Positions 12,801 through 23,828 of a stretch of DNA of 64,000 nt are shown piece after piece. The translations under genes were made by a program, and so were the position numbers. Every line of letters starts with the position of its first letter. The stretch's first letter is position 1. The notes under the pieces were generated by a model that saw only the letters and a program-made list of their open reading frames with translations, ran no database searches and was not told the origin of the DNA. This DNA is from Selaginella moellendorffii (taxonomy: Eukaryota; Plantae; Lycopodiophyta), in contig NW_003314332.1 in the NCBI RefSeq assembly GCF_000143415.4, positions 248,001 to 312,000 of the forward strand, given 5' to 3'.

Positions 12801-15294
12801 TCCTTGCAGGAGACACTTCTTCAAAGGCAAAACAGGCAAGCACCAGCCAAGCTCAAACTGACAGTGGTCATAAAAAGCGAAAGCACGTTGGACAGTCGTC
12901 GGGATCGATTCGAAAAGGAAGAAGGGCAACGAAAAGATGATAGGTAATGCCTCGTGGTTATGGCGTGTGTGCTCATGCCATTCATTGCAGATCAAGGGCT
13001 GAGTGAAAGCAGCCAGTCACCACCTCCTGACTCAGATTCCTATGGCGGACTCCCCTTCCCCAATCTCAATGGAGAGGTACAATGGATGAGGGATGCTTTT
13101 CAAGTCAGGGCCACGTTTTTCTCATCTCGTCGTCTTCGAAGGGTGTAAGAACGTGCAGAAACCATGTTAAGACAGTGGGGTGAGGATACGGTCCTAGGTC
13201 ACGCACTAAAACAGGCTATGGATGTCTTGTATTTTGACATGGAGACTCGGCCAGATGATTTTCCCAAGATGGTCCTGGAAGAACAAGCCATCCAGCCTGA
13301 GCAGCCTATGGAAGAAATGCAGGAGGGGGATGAGAAGCCAGAGAAAGATAATGAGTAGGAAGAGCAGAAGGACGAAGAAGAGGACAAAGAAGAGGAGGAC
13401 GAAGAGGACTTGGATGGTCCTCACAATGGTGACGATCACAATAACGACGACGACGATGATGACGACGATGGCCAGCCTGAGGTGGCCAAAGAGCAGCGGA
13501 GGAAGGTCATACAAGACAAACCATCAGGTAAATAATAGTACATCCATTCCTAACCTTTTACCATTTCTAACATTGTCTATGTAGGTCGCAGAGCAAATGG
13601 TAAGTAGAGATTATTCAGTTGAATTTACAAACTCTAGCCTTTAGTGTCAAGGAAGGATAGTGCCAAGCAAGGGTCGAAACGTATGTCCAATCTTTCAGAA
13701 TCAGCAGTGCGCCCAAGTGATATCGGTCCTAGTTCCTCAATAGCAGTTGATGGTAAATACAGTATAGTCGATTCAATGTGCTAATGAGTTTGTTTTTAGT
13801 AGCACAGGAGGATACCATCTCAATCGAAGGGAGATATTTGGACATGCATATGGATCTGCCAGTGGACTCTACTTGCCTGCAAGAGTCATCAGAGCTGGTG
13901 GAGGCTACTATCCATATCAACGCCAAGCAAGCTGACCATGCTCCACTTGATGCTGCCCATACCACTGAGTCAATCTTGTCCACGTATCCAACTGACGGTG
14001 ACCAGGCGCCATTGGACCCGCATGAGGCCGCCCCAGCCACCGAGCCGGTCATATCCTCATTTCCAACGGACTCAACGTGTGCCCAATCGTCTGACTACGC
14101 ACCGTTGGAACCTCCCTACACCGCCCCTGCTGCCTGTTCGGTCATGTTCACTTTGCCAACGGAGGCACCAGCTGAAATGGCATGTGATCACACGCCATCG
14201 GAACCACCCCATGCCACTGTTGAGCCAGTTGTACCAGAGTCTACAGTTGAAATGGCATGTGCCCACATGCCATCGGATGCGATTGACCCCACATTGCAGA
14301 GGAGAGTATTTCCGCCCTTCACGTTTCCTCGACCAAAACCCTCTCAACGACCATCGGGAGCACCATTCGCTAATATTATAGATGGTAAAATTGACTTGCA
14401 CCATTTTTTATGCTGACGCATTTCATTTCAGAGTCACGGCGAAGGTACTGTATCGTTTTTTATCTGAACGGTGTCCTTTTCTCCCATGAGCGTGGCTCGT
14501 CCTCGAATGTCACTGCACCCTCCAAAGCCTGCGGTCGCAAGTTGGTCAAAAGAGACAAATTCACATTAATCACACGGGAGAAACTGCGGGATCTAATAAT
14601 GACCATGCGACACTTAAAACAGAGGGCCGGGTTCAATTTGCAATTGGGAGTTTGGACATCCATGATGCGCCACAATGCATTAACGTTGCTACAGATGATG
14701 CACGATCAGACGCGAGTAATATTACCATTTGACTTTCTCCTAACGCAGGAGGATTGCTTGACTATGGTCCATGTGAGGGGTAGCAAGCCCATCTTCGTCA
14801 AGCCAGAGGCTGTAGTGATGAACCGGACTACTAGGTCAAGTGAAATCCTCATCATCGATGACTCGCCGATTAAAACTGCAGTGAACACGCACACATATGC
14901 AGTGCACCCCATCTCTTGCAGTATGGAAACTAGGGAGAAGAAACCATATGTTCTGGGGGACCTTGCAAAACGGCTTAGAGCGATGGTGATAGAGAACCAG
15001 CCAGTCCAGGAGGTGGCTGCAGAAATCAACCAAATGGCAGATGGAATGGTATATCAGAAGCCATTTGATCGGACAGACACCAGTCATCATTTATGGCATG
15101 TATATTGTCTAGCCAAGCACTATCCGCATCTCCATAATCTGCTCAACCGGATGGGTTGTTCGACCACTAAACATGAGCATGGACGTATTAGAGAAGAGAT
15201 GGCATTACTATTGGGTTTAAATCCTGATAGTGTGGAGAGTGATGAAATTCCAAGATTATTGTATAGGCGTTGGAGGCAAAAAATAACAGTCTGA
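9890..15294 (+). pseudogene. Element A multi-exon cargo gene: ParB/Srx-like domain, degenerate amino-MTase fold, acidic linker, FCP1/NIF HAD phosphatase-like domain (about 1650 aa when spliced; true start uncertain)
   Basis: ParB-like VYTIDVSRIDI..NHRLVSDEWVEKLK..FYAVSGQHSSLA; MTase-like tail NPKKAP..MLSWVF..GKCVVEYNCG..FRAALLKGVPCVAV; HAD motifs IVF(D)LNGVL, LGVWTS, ILIIDDSPIK; GT-AG introns 11118-11171, 12496-12545, 12633-12670, 12761-12809, 12944-12990, 13528-13584, 13600-13644, 13753-13799 and 14385-14431 join in frame; copy-1 stops at 11265, 11733, 13146 and 13356 are sense codons in copy 2. Confidence 0.75.
14432..15294 (+). CDS. FCP1/NIF-like HAD phosphatase domain (last exon of the cargo gene)
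   Basis: YCIVFYLNGVL (FDLNG in copy 2), VWTSMMRHNA, LTQEDC, IFVKP and IIDDSPIK match the plant DLNGxL FCP1-homology family. Confidence 0.8.
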
Positions 15295-15736
15295 GATGGC
15301 ATGTATTTACTTAAAAATGTAACTTATTATGGCATGGGGTTCCATGCCATTGTATTAATATTAAAAGACAATTCTTTGAGAGGATTTGCATTATACTAGA
15401 AGTGTTACAACATGTTATTGGAAGTCTACGAAGTTGTTTTATTAATAAGGGGAAAGTAAGGATTGAATGGGGACTTGGGCTCCACCTAGACTCGGAGCAA
15501 CTGAGCCAATATTAAAAGGATGGAAAGAAATTGGACGACGATGACAAGGAGAAGAGAGAGGTGAAGCAGTGGCAGGGGGAGGAGAAGTGATTGAGTAGAC
15601 ATTTCCTTGTTTAAAATAAAATGGCATGTGCCTCAATGCAGTTGAATTTTGTTATATTTATATACTATATAAAGGTTTGGAAATCTTATTTTACAAGTGG
15701 GATAATGACAATTCCCACTTTAACGAAATAGAGCTT

Positions 15737-16915
15737 TTTTACTCTCTTTATCATACAGTTGGTGTTCTCTTAGTTTCTCAAACACTTTCGTCAAGTGTTC
15801 GGTATGCTCCTCTAGCATTTTGCTATAGATCAGAATGTCATCAATATAGATGACCACAAAGTGATCCAGATAGGGTACAAAAATGTGGTTCATCAATGCC
15901 GAAAATGTTGCTGGCTCATTGCAAACCCCAAAGGGCATCACTAGAAACTCAAAGCTCCCATACCTTGTTTGACAGGTTGTCTTCTCGACATCTTCCTCTA
16001 CTACCCTGAGCTGGTAGTATCCTGACCTTAGGTCAATCCTCAAGAAGTATTTTTCTTTTCCCAACCTATCGAACAGGTCCTCAAACCTTGGCAAAAGGTA
16101 TTTGTTCTTCTTTGTATACTTGTTGAGCAACCGGTAGTCTATGCACATGCGCATAGATCCATCTTTCTTTTTCACAAATAATACCGACGCCCTATATGGT
16201 GACTTACTCAACCTAACATACCCTTTGTCCACCAACTCCTCTAGTTGGCGCTCGAGCTCCTCAAGTTCTTTTTTGTTCAAACGATAGGGGGGACGAACCA
16301 TCGCCTCAGCACCCTCGACCAACTCAATTTTATATTCTATCGATCATGTGGGGGGCAACCCCGCCGGTAGCTCCTCTGGCATGGTATCCTGGAATTGGTC
16401 TAACACCTGCTGGATCACTAAAGGTACTTTTTCCATTCCCATCTTTTTGTCACTCTTCACTGAGAGTAAGCACAAAAATGCTGCCTTGGTTCCTTTAGTG
16501 AGTTGTCCTCTCATGGACACTAAGTTTAGGCAGGAATGTTTGGCCTTGCATTGCCCTACATTTAGATCTTGGGCCTCCACCCTGGATCTTCTTCCTTGGG
16601 CATTCGCTAATACCACAAGGTTCCTACCTTGTCTATGCAGGGCTACCACGAACCGATTGAACCAATCCATCCCGAAGATTACATCAAATCCCACTATATC
16701 TAACACGGTGAAATCCATATCTACTTTCCATGTCCCTACTTCAACTCTCGCTTGTCAAAGTACTTCATTGGTGCTTTGGCTGCCTTGCACAAACTCTATA
16801 GTCCTTGGTTCGCCTAGCCACTGCACTATTAGTCCGGCTTGCCGGACTATGTCTGCAGCCACAAAATTATCTGAAGCACCCGTGTCAATAAGGATCTTAA
16901 CAAAGCTACCTTCGA
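15737..16915 (-). mobile_element. Gypsy pol middle part (aspartic protease and RT) between elements A and B
   Basis: KILIDTGASDNFV protease motif; RT motifs [39 protein letters not shown]. Confidence 0.95.
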
Positions 16916-17593
16916 GGGGCGCGGAGTTGAAGAGTTGAGCTCACGAGTTGAGCTCAATTTTCAATTGTAATTTAGTACAAATATTATAAATTTTAAAATT
17001 TTAAGGTTATGGCGAACCTAATAATTTAATAACTCTCTATATATTATATAGATAAAAATGTTCTAAAGAACACTTTTTGTTCTAATAATTTAAATATTTA
17101 CTACATGCAATGATAGGGACATTTGTTAGAACATAAAATAAAATGTTTGCAAAAAGAGTATTCTTGTCACTTCTTTAAATTTGTACTCTATCCTTTCTAG
17201 CTAGTAAATGTTAGGTTTGTCAGAATTAAAAAATTATTAAATTTGAAATAAGATTATATGTAAAGCCATATAACCGTTTGAAAGGAAAAAAAATAACTGT
17301 TGATGTAAGCTTATTGCATATAAAAGAAAGACTTGGTTCTTTGTAGAATACATTCTTGAGGGGTTTGTCGTAGCATACTATCTAGAATTTATAGATCTTC
17401 ATTCACATTCTCATTCGAAAAAAGGAAAATACACCCACAAATGTCTATGGGTTTTAGTGCTGGTAATTTTAACTCTCACAATCTTTCTTCCTAGGGTTCA
17501 AGGGCTAGGAGATGCAATAACTATCCCATTGCACAGCATAACCAAATCACACAAGAGAATGAAAGAGAGGATAGTGATGATAGTGATCATGAG

Positions 17594-17893
17594 TTGGAGA
17601 TAAATGCAATGACAGAGGGTGCAACAAATTGGGTGAAAAAGAATGCCCTCTTACTTGTTTTAGAAAAGTGCAATTCTGCCACTTTCAAGAAGTGTCCCAT
17701 ATGTTTTCTAGCGTCTGGTGGAAACAATGGCAATGATCAGTATGATGGTATATATGCTCTTGCGACACATTGCAACATCACGCATCTGAAAGACTACCAT
17801 GAAATCTTTTTTGAGATGGTAAAGATAGAAATGGAGACACACGAGTACTATGGGCAGTATTGCGAGAAGAACACTCGGAAGCATATAAAATGA
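17594..17893 (+). CDS. Small zinc-finger protein, zf-XS (SGS3)-like
   Basis: KKCPIC..QYDGIYALATHCNITHLKDYHEIFFE resembles the SGS3 zinc finger pattern CPxC..YxGLxxLxTH..H. Confidence 0.55.
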   Translation: MEINAMTEGATNWVKKNALLLVLEKCNSATFKKCPICFLASGGNNGNDQYDGIYALATHCNITHLKDYHEIFFEMVKIEMETHEYYGQYCEKNTRKHIK

Positions 17894-17984
17894 AAAGTGA
17901 AATGAAAAAGCACATTTTTATTAATTATATCAAGTATAATAAGTTTTATTGATAGAGAATAAACATCGATAGTGTTGGAGAAAT

Positions 17985-20900
17985 CTAATTAGCTCCAAAA
18001 GTTTTCTGCAACTCAGCAATAGTAAGGCTTGCTTGGTATATATGAATATCCACTTTAGGATCCTGGTGCAAGATGTTGATGAAGATATAGTACATATGCT
18101 TGCAAGGAGCATATGCCTTCCCATGTTCCTCACGCTTCGTAAAGTCTAGATATGTGCAAGAAGGAAAGTCGTGAATGGGAATTGTGTACTCTCCACCTTC
18201 TGTTTTGACTGTGTACTCCTTTGCAGGCACAGTGATGTACTTCGTGGAGAGAATCTCACACTCAAGTGTTTGAGCCAAGTTTATTTTACCTTGCTTCTGC
18301 TTGGAGATGGTACCAATAAATTTAACTGCCTTACCTTTTCGTGTTGGCCTCCTGTGCATCTCTGTAGGAATAGTCCTGCTCTTGTCACTCATGTCTCCAA
18401 CTCTCCTCTCAAGATTAAAACCAGATTTCTCAAGGTTTTCAATCTCATCCGAGGTGAGTGCGACCCCATTAGCAACCGGCCATTCTTTAGGTACTGCATC
18501 AGGTTTAGTCACTATAGTGTCTTCAAGCTGCTTCGTATGGTTGGCATCGGTGTTGCAACAATATAGCCAACACCATCTTGAAAATCCTACTTGCTTTCGT
18601 TCCCCATAGAAATATGGGGCTGGAACAGAAGCAGATTTTTCACCACGAATCCAAGCCCAACACTTGCCCCTCGGAAGCATCCCCACACACCTTACATTCG
18701 ATTTTGCTGGCACGCGTCGGATTGCCCATTGCTTCGGCTCTACGCTACAGTAAGCAATTTCAACCTGTTGCAATGCACTCTCTTCATCAGCCACTTGAGG
18801 TGGCTCGGTCCGAGAGTGGTGTCTTGGAGCAGAATGGTACTCGACATCAGGCCTGTGAGAGCTTTTTGCTTCAAGGTCCATACCAACATCTTCCCCAACA
18901 AAGGAAAAACGACACTTTGAGCGGACAGTCTTCATATCACCAATAGAAGCTCGGGGAGTGTACTCCATAGATGTGCCACGGACCACTTCCTCAACTGCAA
19001 TTGCCACTATTCGGGCGGGTGGAGTTAATTTTCTCTTCATCCTATCATGTAACATCTCAATAGAAGGCCCTGTTCCCATGTATCTTCCTTCCCCGAATGC
19101 CAGTGCTTTTGAAGATTGCTCTATAGCACATATCAAATCTAATAGACAGGCTTCGTATAGACTCATCTTCCCTTTCCCTGCCTCAGAGGAACGCCAACTC
19201 CAATGCTTACTTTCAGAGAGATTCACAGTTGGGGTGTATGCGAGGTCCTCAAGTGGTTGATCCTAATGGAAAAGGCAATATTAAAAGGTAATAAAAGGAG
19301 AAGAAAAAATATAAACCAACCTGAAAAGAGTGATGTCCCCATTGGAACATCCTAACTTCCCACCATCCTAACCATGACTCAAGTTGTGGTAAGCAACTTA
19401 CGTCTGTATGGCCATCTTCACACCACCACATTCGGATCTCATTTGCTTTTGCCTCATGCTCTTCTTCAGAAGGTGCAATTTGCCATTCTTTGCACAACTC
19501 CTTAAATATTGATTGAAACTTTGGTTTGATAAGGTGGCAGTGCTGGTTTAGGCTTTGAGCCCAATGGAACTCACAAATCCTCTCACGACCTTCCAATGGT
19601 TGACCATTCCCAAAAACTGCTCGGATACCATTCTAGTTTGCACCAGCCCCATCTGCCATGAAACCATGAAAGTTTGCAGGTTTACCAGTCTGCTTTAGGA
19701 CAATATCAGAGAGGGACTTCCAAAATATTTCCTATGCTGTCTAGTCTTGTACTTTAAACTCTGCTGTCGCAATTGTTAAGTTACAACGTAGCCTATGAAA
19801 ACATAAATATTATAACAATTTCAATATAATGAGAATAAAAATTACCTTGGATCATACACATGAGCTCCCATGGTTGTCCAACCGGATACACGCTCCATAT
19901 GGTCAAAATGTACCCATGCATTTGCAAGGTCACTGGACCCAAACATGTCCATTCGGGAGACAAGATCTATGCCAGAGCCAGGGCCCATGGTAGACATTTT
20001 GAAGATGAAGGGGCGCTCTTGCTCATTCACAACTTAGTTTGGAAACAAACTTCCGTGGATGAACTCGTATGGACAGGTCTGTTTCAATTCAAGGATGGAG
20101 TCAATTTTTGATTGCAACTTCCCCTCTTGAGATTCACACATCCAAGATTTTATCCTAAACAATATAATGTAAAAAAAAATTATTATTATAACGTATGAAA
20201 AATAACGGATGTACCTCCTTAGGCTAGTAGCAGGTTGTACTCTTTGTAGTAAGTCCCGCAAGCTAGCCTCATTTAGTTGAGTCTTTTGGCAACCTAGATT
20301 GAGTAAAGTATTTGCGATAAAATCCTTGAGGACGGTCTTTTGAACATGCTTCGGAGTTGCAGATGAGTTTCTCATAGTCTCTTCCTGTACAACATCTTTG
20401 AAACGGTTGAGAGAACTCCTTTGTATCCCTTCCTGCATTGGATGCATATATGTGCTAACATGCACTGCAGCTCTTCTAGCCACTCCATCCCATGGAAGAA
20501 AGTAGTACATCTTGGCCTCGCAGATAGCATGACATAAAGGAGCATTTTTGCAGAATCGACATTTGAATCCAATAGCAATGGTGTCACAGGCTAGAGGATT
20601 GACTGCAGACCCTTCGAAAAATATAGAGTTTCTAGAGCGGTCTCGATTGCATGCTTCATCCACACAATCTAAATGCCCGCCACAATGAACTATAGACACT
20701 GTGCCTTCAAAATGGTGGACATCCTGCTTGGTTTCCATCCCCTTCCGTTTGGAACCTGTGCTGCTGACAAGAGGTGGTAGCTCGAAGAAAATGTTGCCAT
20801 TGTAGGAGGATGGAAGCTCACTCACAGGCCTATACAAAAACAAGTTCACGTCGATTGAGAGGTGTGAAAACTGGAAAGCATTGCTAACGGCTTTGAATAT

Positions 20901-21047
20901 TGCTGAAGTTGGAGTTGGAGTTGGAGCTGGAGCTAGTGAATTTTGCGCCGACACTAGCATGACATCTCCACTTGAACTAGAAGAGGACGAGTGGATAACG
21001 ACTGACTCTTGCTTCACATTCACTTTCGTTGGAGCGCATTTTGGCAT
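17985..21047 (-). pseudogene. MULE-type DDE transposase with GCM/WRKY-like N-terminal zinc domain and C-terminal SWIM finger; introns and stops present
   Basis: CGGHLDCVDEAC..CRFC..C..H; WVHFDH; GFMADGAGAN; CEFHWAQS (CxxH); NLSESKH; SWIM-like SCTYLDF..PCKHMYY. Confidence 0.85.
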
Positions 21048-22204
21048 TTTGACTGGAGATCCGAACACTCGAATCTCCTTCAACTTGGAATTTTGTAAAT
21101 CCCATTGTTGTCCACCCTCACCCACACTAGAAAGAAGAAACTCCAAGTATGCAACTATACCGGTGTCGTTGCGGATCACAGCCTCTAAAGAAATAGAGCT
21201 AAGATGAAGATCAAAACGCCGACATAAAAAACTTTCAGAAACAATACTTTGAGAAAATGAAAGAGGTGGGTGATCTCGAAAATGAAGAAGAAACCTCTCC
21301 ATCCTTCTCAATAGGTTTTGGATTTCTCTCTCTTTATGCTACTTGTAAAAATCTATAGTGAAACATAATTGAAATTTAAATAGAGTAATAAGAAGACAAC
21401 GTACAAAATGAATTTAAATTCTATAACAAATTTAACATGTGTAAGTGTGATAGTAATAATATTACTATCATCAATTATGATGTCTGATGCATGTATACAC
21501 ATAGATCCAAGGAAAGATTTTCAGCACGTGAAGTTTGATAGTTAATAATGATACAAGTAATGACATTCTGTTATAACATGTCAAACCAAGAGATCCAATC
21601 TAACTATCAGCACGTGTGATATGTCAAGTTGTCAAATTTTAAGTGGTAGATGATAATAAATCTTGTCAAATCTTATTCTTCAATGACAGATTTGATTCGT
21701 AGTACAACTCAAGTTTTATCTATAATTGTGAACACTGCTCAATGACATTTAAAGCACGTGCCTATTGTTTAGGATCTAATACAACACAAAATAAATTTCT
21801 GGATGAGGATTCATCCATTCATAGATGGATATGGTATAACATATTTTAATGTGCCTTATTTATACTCTTTAAAGTTCTTGTAACGATTCCAAAATATGTA
21901 CAAAATATTGATGAGAATGCATCCTTTCTAGATAATTTGTAAAATATAATATCATATCCCTAATAACAGAAATGTTGATAGGTGCTAGTTATACCATCAT
22001 TAAAATATACAAAATAAAGAAGCATAATTTACATATAATAATAATGATAAGATAAAATAAGATCAAAGATATTGTGATGGTTGAGATTTAGGTTATTCGG
22101 AATGAACGGCCAGGATTAGAGATTGGTTAGGGTTAGGGCAGCTGTCAGGATTAGGGTTATGGTAGCCGCCAAGATTAGGTTACTGTTCGCATCGTGAGTG
22201 GAGC

Positions 22205-22460
22205 ACGCGAGAGATCGAGAGATTGAGCGCGAAGGAGATCGAGGGATTGAGCGCGAAGGAGATCGAGGGATTGAGCACGAAGGAGATCGAGGGATTGAGC
22301 GTGCAAGAGATCGAGAGATTGAGCGCATGAGCGGGAGAGATTGAGCGCGCGAGCGGGAGAGATTGAGCACGCGAGCGGGAGAGATTGAGCGTGCGAGCCG
22401 GAGAGATTGAGTGCACGAGCAGGAGAGATTGAGTGCGCGAGCGGGAGAGATTGAGCACAC
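22205..22460. repeat. 22-24 bp tandem repeats (GAGATTGAGCGCGCGAGCGGGA and GAGGGATTGAGCGCGAAGGAGATC)
   Basis: About 11 imperfect copies visible. Confidence 0.9.
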
Positions 22461-22580
22461 AAGAAATCTAGAAATCAAGGGAGGAAAGATGCCACCAAGG
22501 GTGAGTTTCGATTTGATTGCTTCCACTTCCATTTTTTGAGTCCATTGCTTCCCTTTTTTTTTCTTGATTGCTTCTTTGCT

Positions 22581-23648
22581 GGCCGAGCTCGAGCTCGGGC
22601 TGGCCACCTCGGGCACTTTGGCTGCCCAGGGGGCCGAGGTTATTCAAATAACCTCGGCCCCTTAGCGAGCAAAACTGCCTGAGCTCAAGCTCGGGCCAGC
22701 CACCTCGGGCAGTTTTGCTTGCCGAGGGGCTGAGGTTATTTGAATAACCTCGGCCCCTCGGAGAGCAAAACTGCCCGAGCTCAAACTCGGGCCGGCCACC
22801 TCGGGAAGTTTTGCTTGCCGAGGGGCCAAGGTTATTCAAATAACCTCGGCCCCTCGGCAAGCAAAACTGCTCAAGCTTGAGCTCCGGCCGGCCACCTTGG
22901 GCACTTTGGCTGCCCAGGGGGCCCAGGTTATTCAAATAACGTCAGCCCCTCGGCAAGCAAAACTGCCCGAGCTCGAGCTCGGGCTGGCCACCTCGGGCAC
23001 TTTGGCTGCCCAAAGGGCCGAGGTTATTCAAATAACCTTGGCCCCTCGGCAAGCAAAACTGCTCAAGCTCGAGCTCGGGCTGGCCACCTCGGGCACTTTG
23101 GCTGCCCAGGGGGCCGAGGTTATTCAAATAACCTTAGCCCCTCGGCAAGCAAAACTGCCCGAGCTCGAGCTCAGGCCGGCCACCTCAGGCAGTTTTGCTT
23201 GTCGAGGGGCCGAGGTTATTCAAATAACCTCGGCCCCTCGGCGAGCAAAACTGCCCGAGGTCGAGCTCGGGCCGGCCACCTCGGGCAGATTTGCTTGCCG
23301 AGGGGCCGAGGTTATTTAAATAACCTCGACGCCTCGGCAAGCAAAACTGCTCAAGCTCGAGCTCGGGCCGGCCACCTTGGGCACTTTGGCTGCCCAGGGG
23401 GCCAAGGTTATTCAAATAACATTGGCCCCTCGGCAAGCAAAACTGCCCGAGCTCAAGCTCGGGCCGGCCACCTCGGGCACTTTGGCTGCCCAGGGGGCCA
23501 AGGTTATTCAAATAACCTCAGCCCCTCGGCAAGCAAAACTGCCCGAGCTTGAGCTCGGGCCGGCCACCTCGGGCACTTTGGCTGCCCAGGGGGCCGAGGT
23601 TATTTGAATAACCTCGGCCCCCTGGGCAACCAATGTGCCCGAGGTGGA
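22581..23648. repeat. 96-bp tandem array (about 11 units) built from palindromes
   Basis: GCCACCTC recurs every 96 bp; each unit contains CCGAGGTTATT-NN-AATAACCTCGG and GCCCGAGCTCGAGCTCGGGC. Confidence 0.95.
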
Positions 23649-23828
23649 GTCTAGGCCCACTTGATTTTTTTTTTCTCTTTGACTGTTTGAATTTCTCATT
23701 ATCTTTATTTAGTTTGACTAATAAAACTTTTTCTCTTGCAGAAAAGGAAAATTGTAACACATAAAAAGGTGGTTGGAGCCAAGACATGAGAAGTTCAATT
23801 TGGCACTAACGACAACATCACAATCGAC

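Larger units (their letters stand above)
2627..15736. mobile_element. Element A copy 1: 13.1-kb TIR DNA transposon (Sola-like DDD transposase plus cargo genes) inserted in the gypsy RT
   Basis: TIRs AAACTCTATTTCGTTAAAGTGGGA (2627-2650) and TCCCACTTTAACGAAATAGAGCTT (15713-15736) match at 23/24; flanking TTTT at 2623-2626 and 15737-15740; removing the element plus one TTTT restores the RT frame LYDKESK|SDFAQQEVKFLGHVV. Confidence 0.93.

Noticed and set aside
2853-15642. Dispersed 22-bp palindromes as a CRISPR array
   Set aside because: Spacing is irregular (tens of bp to kb), copies lie in introns and exons, there are no cas genes, and the context is eukaryotic
22468-23787. Many overlapping ORFs across the 96-bp array
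   Set aside because: Artefact of a GC-rich repeat whose period is a multiple of 3; no domain signal. Also not CRISPR, since there are no unique spacers
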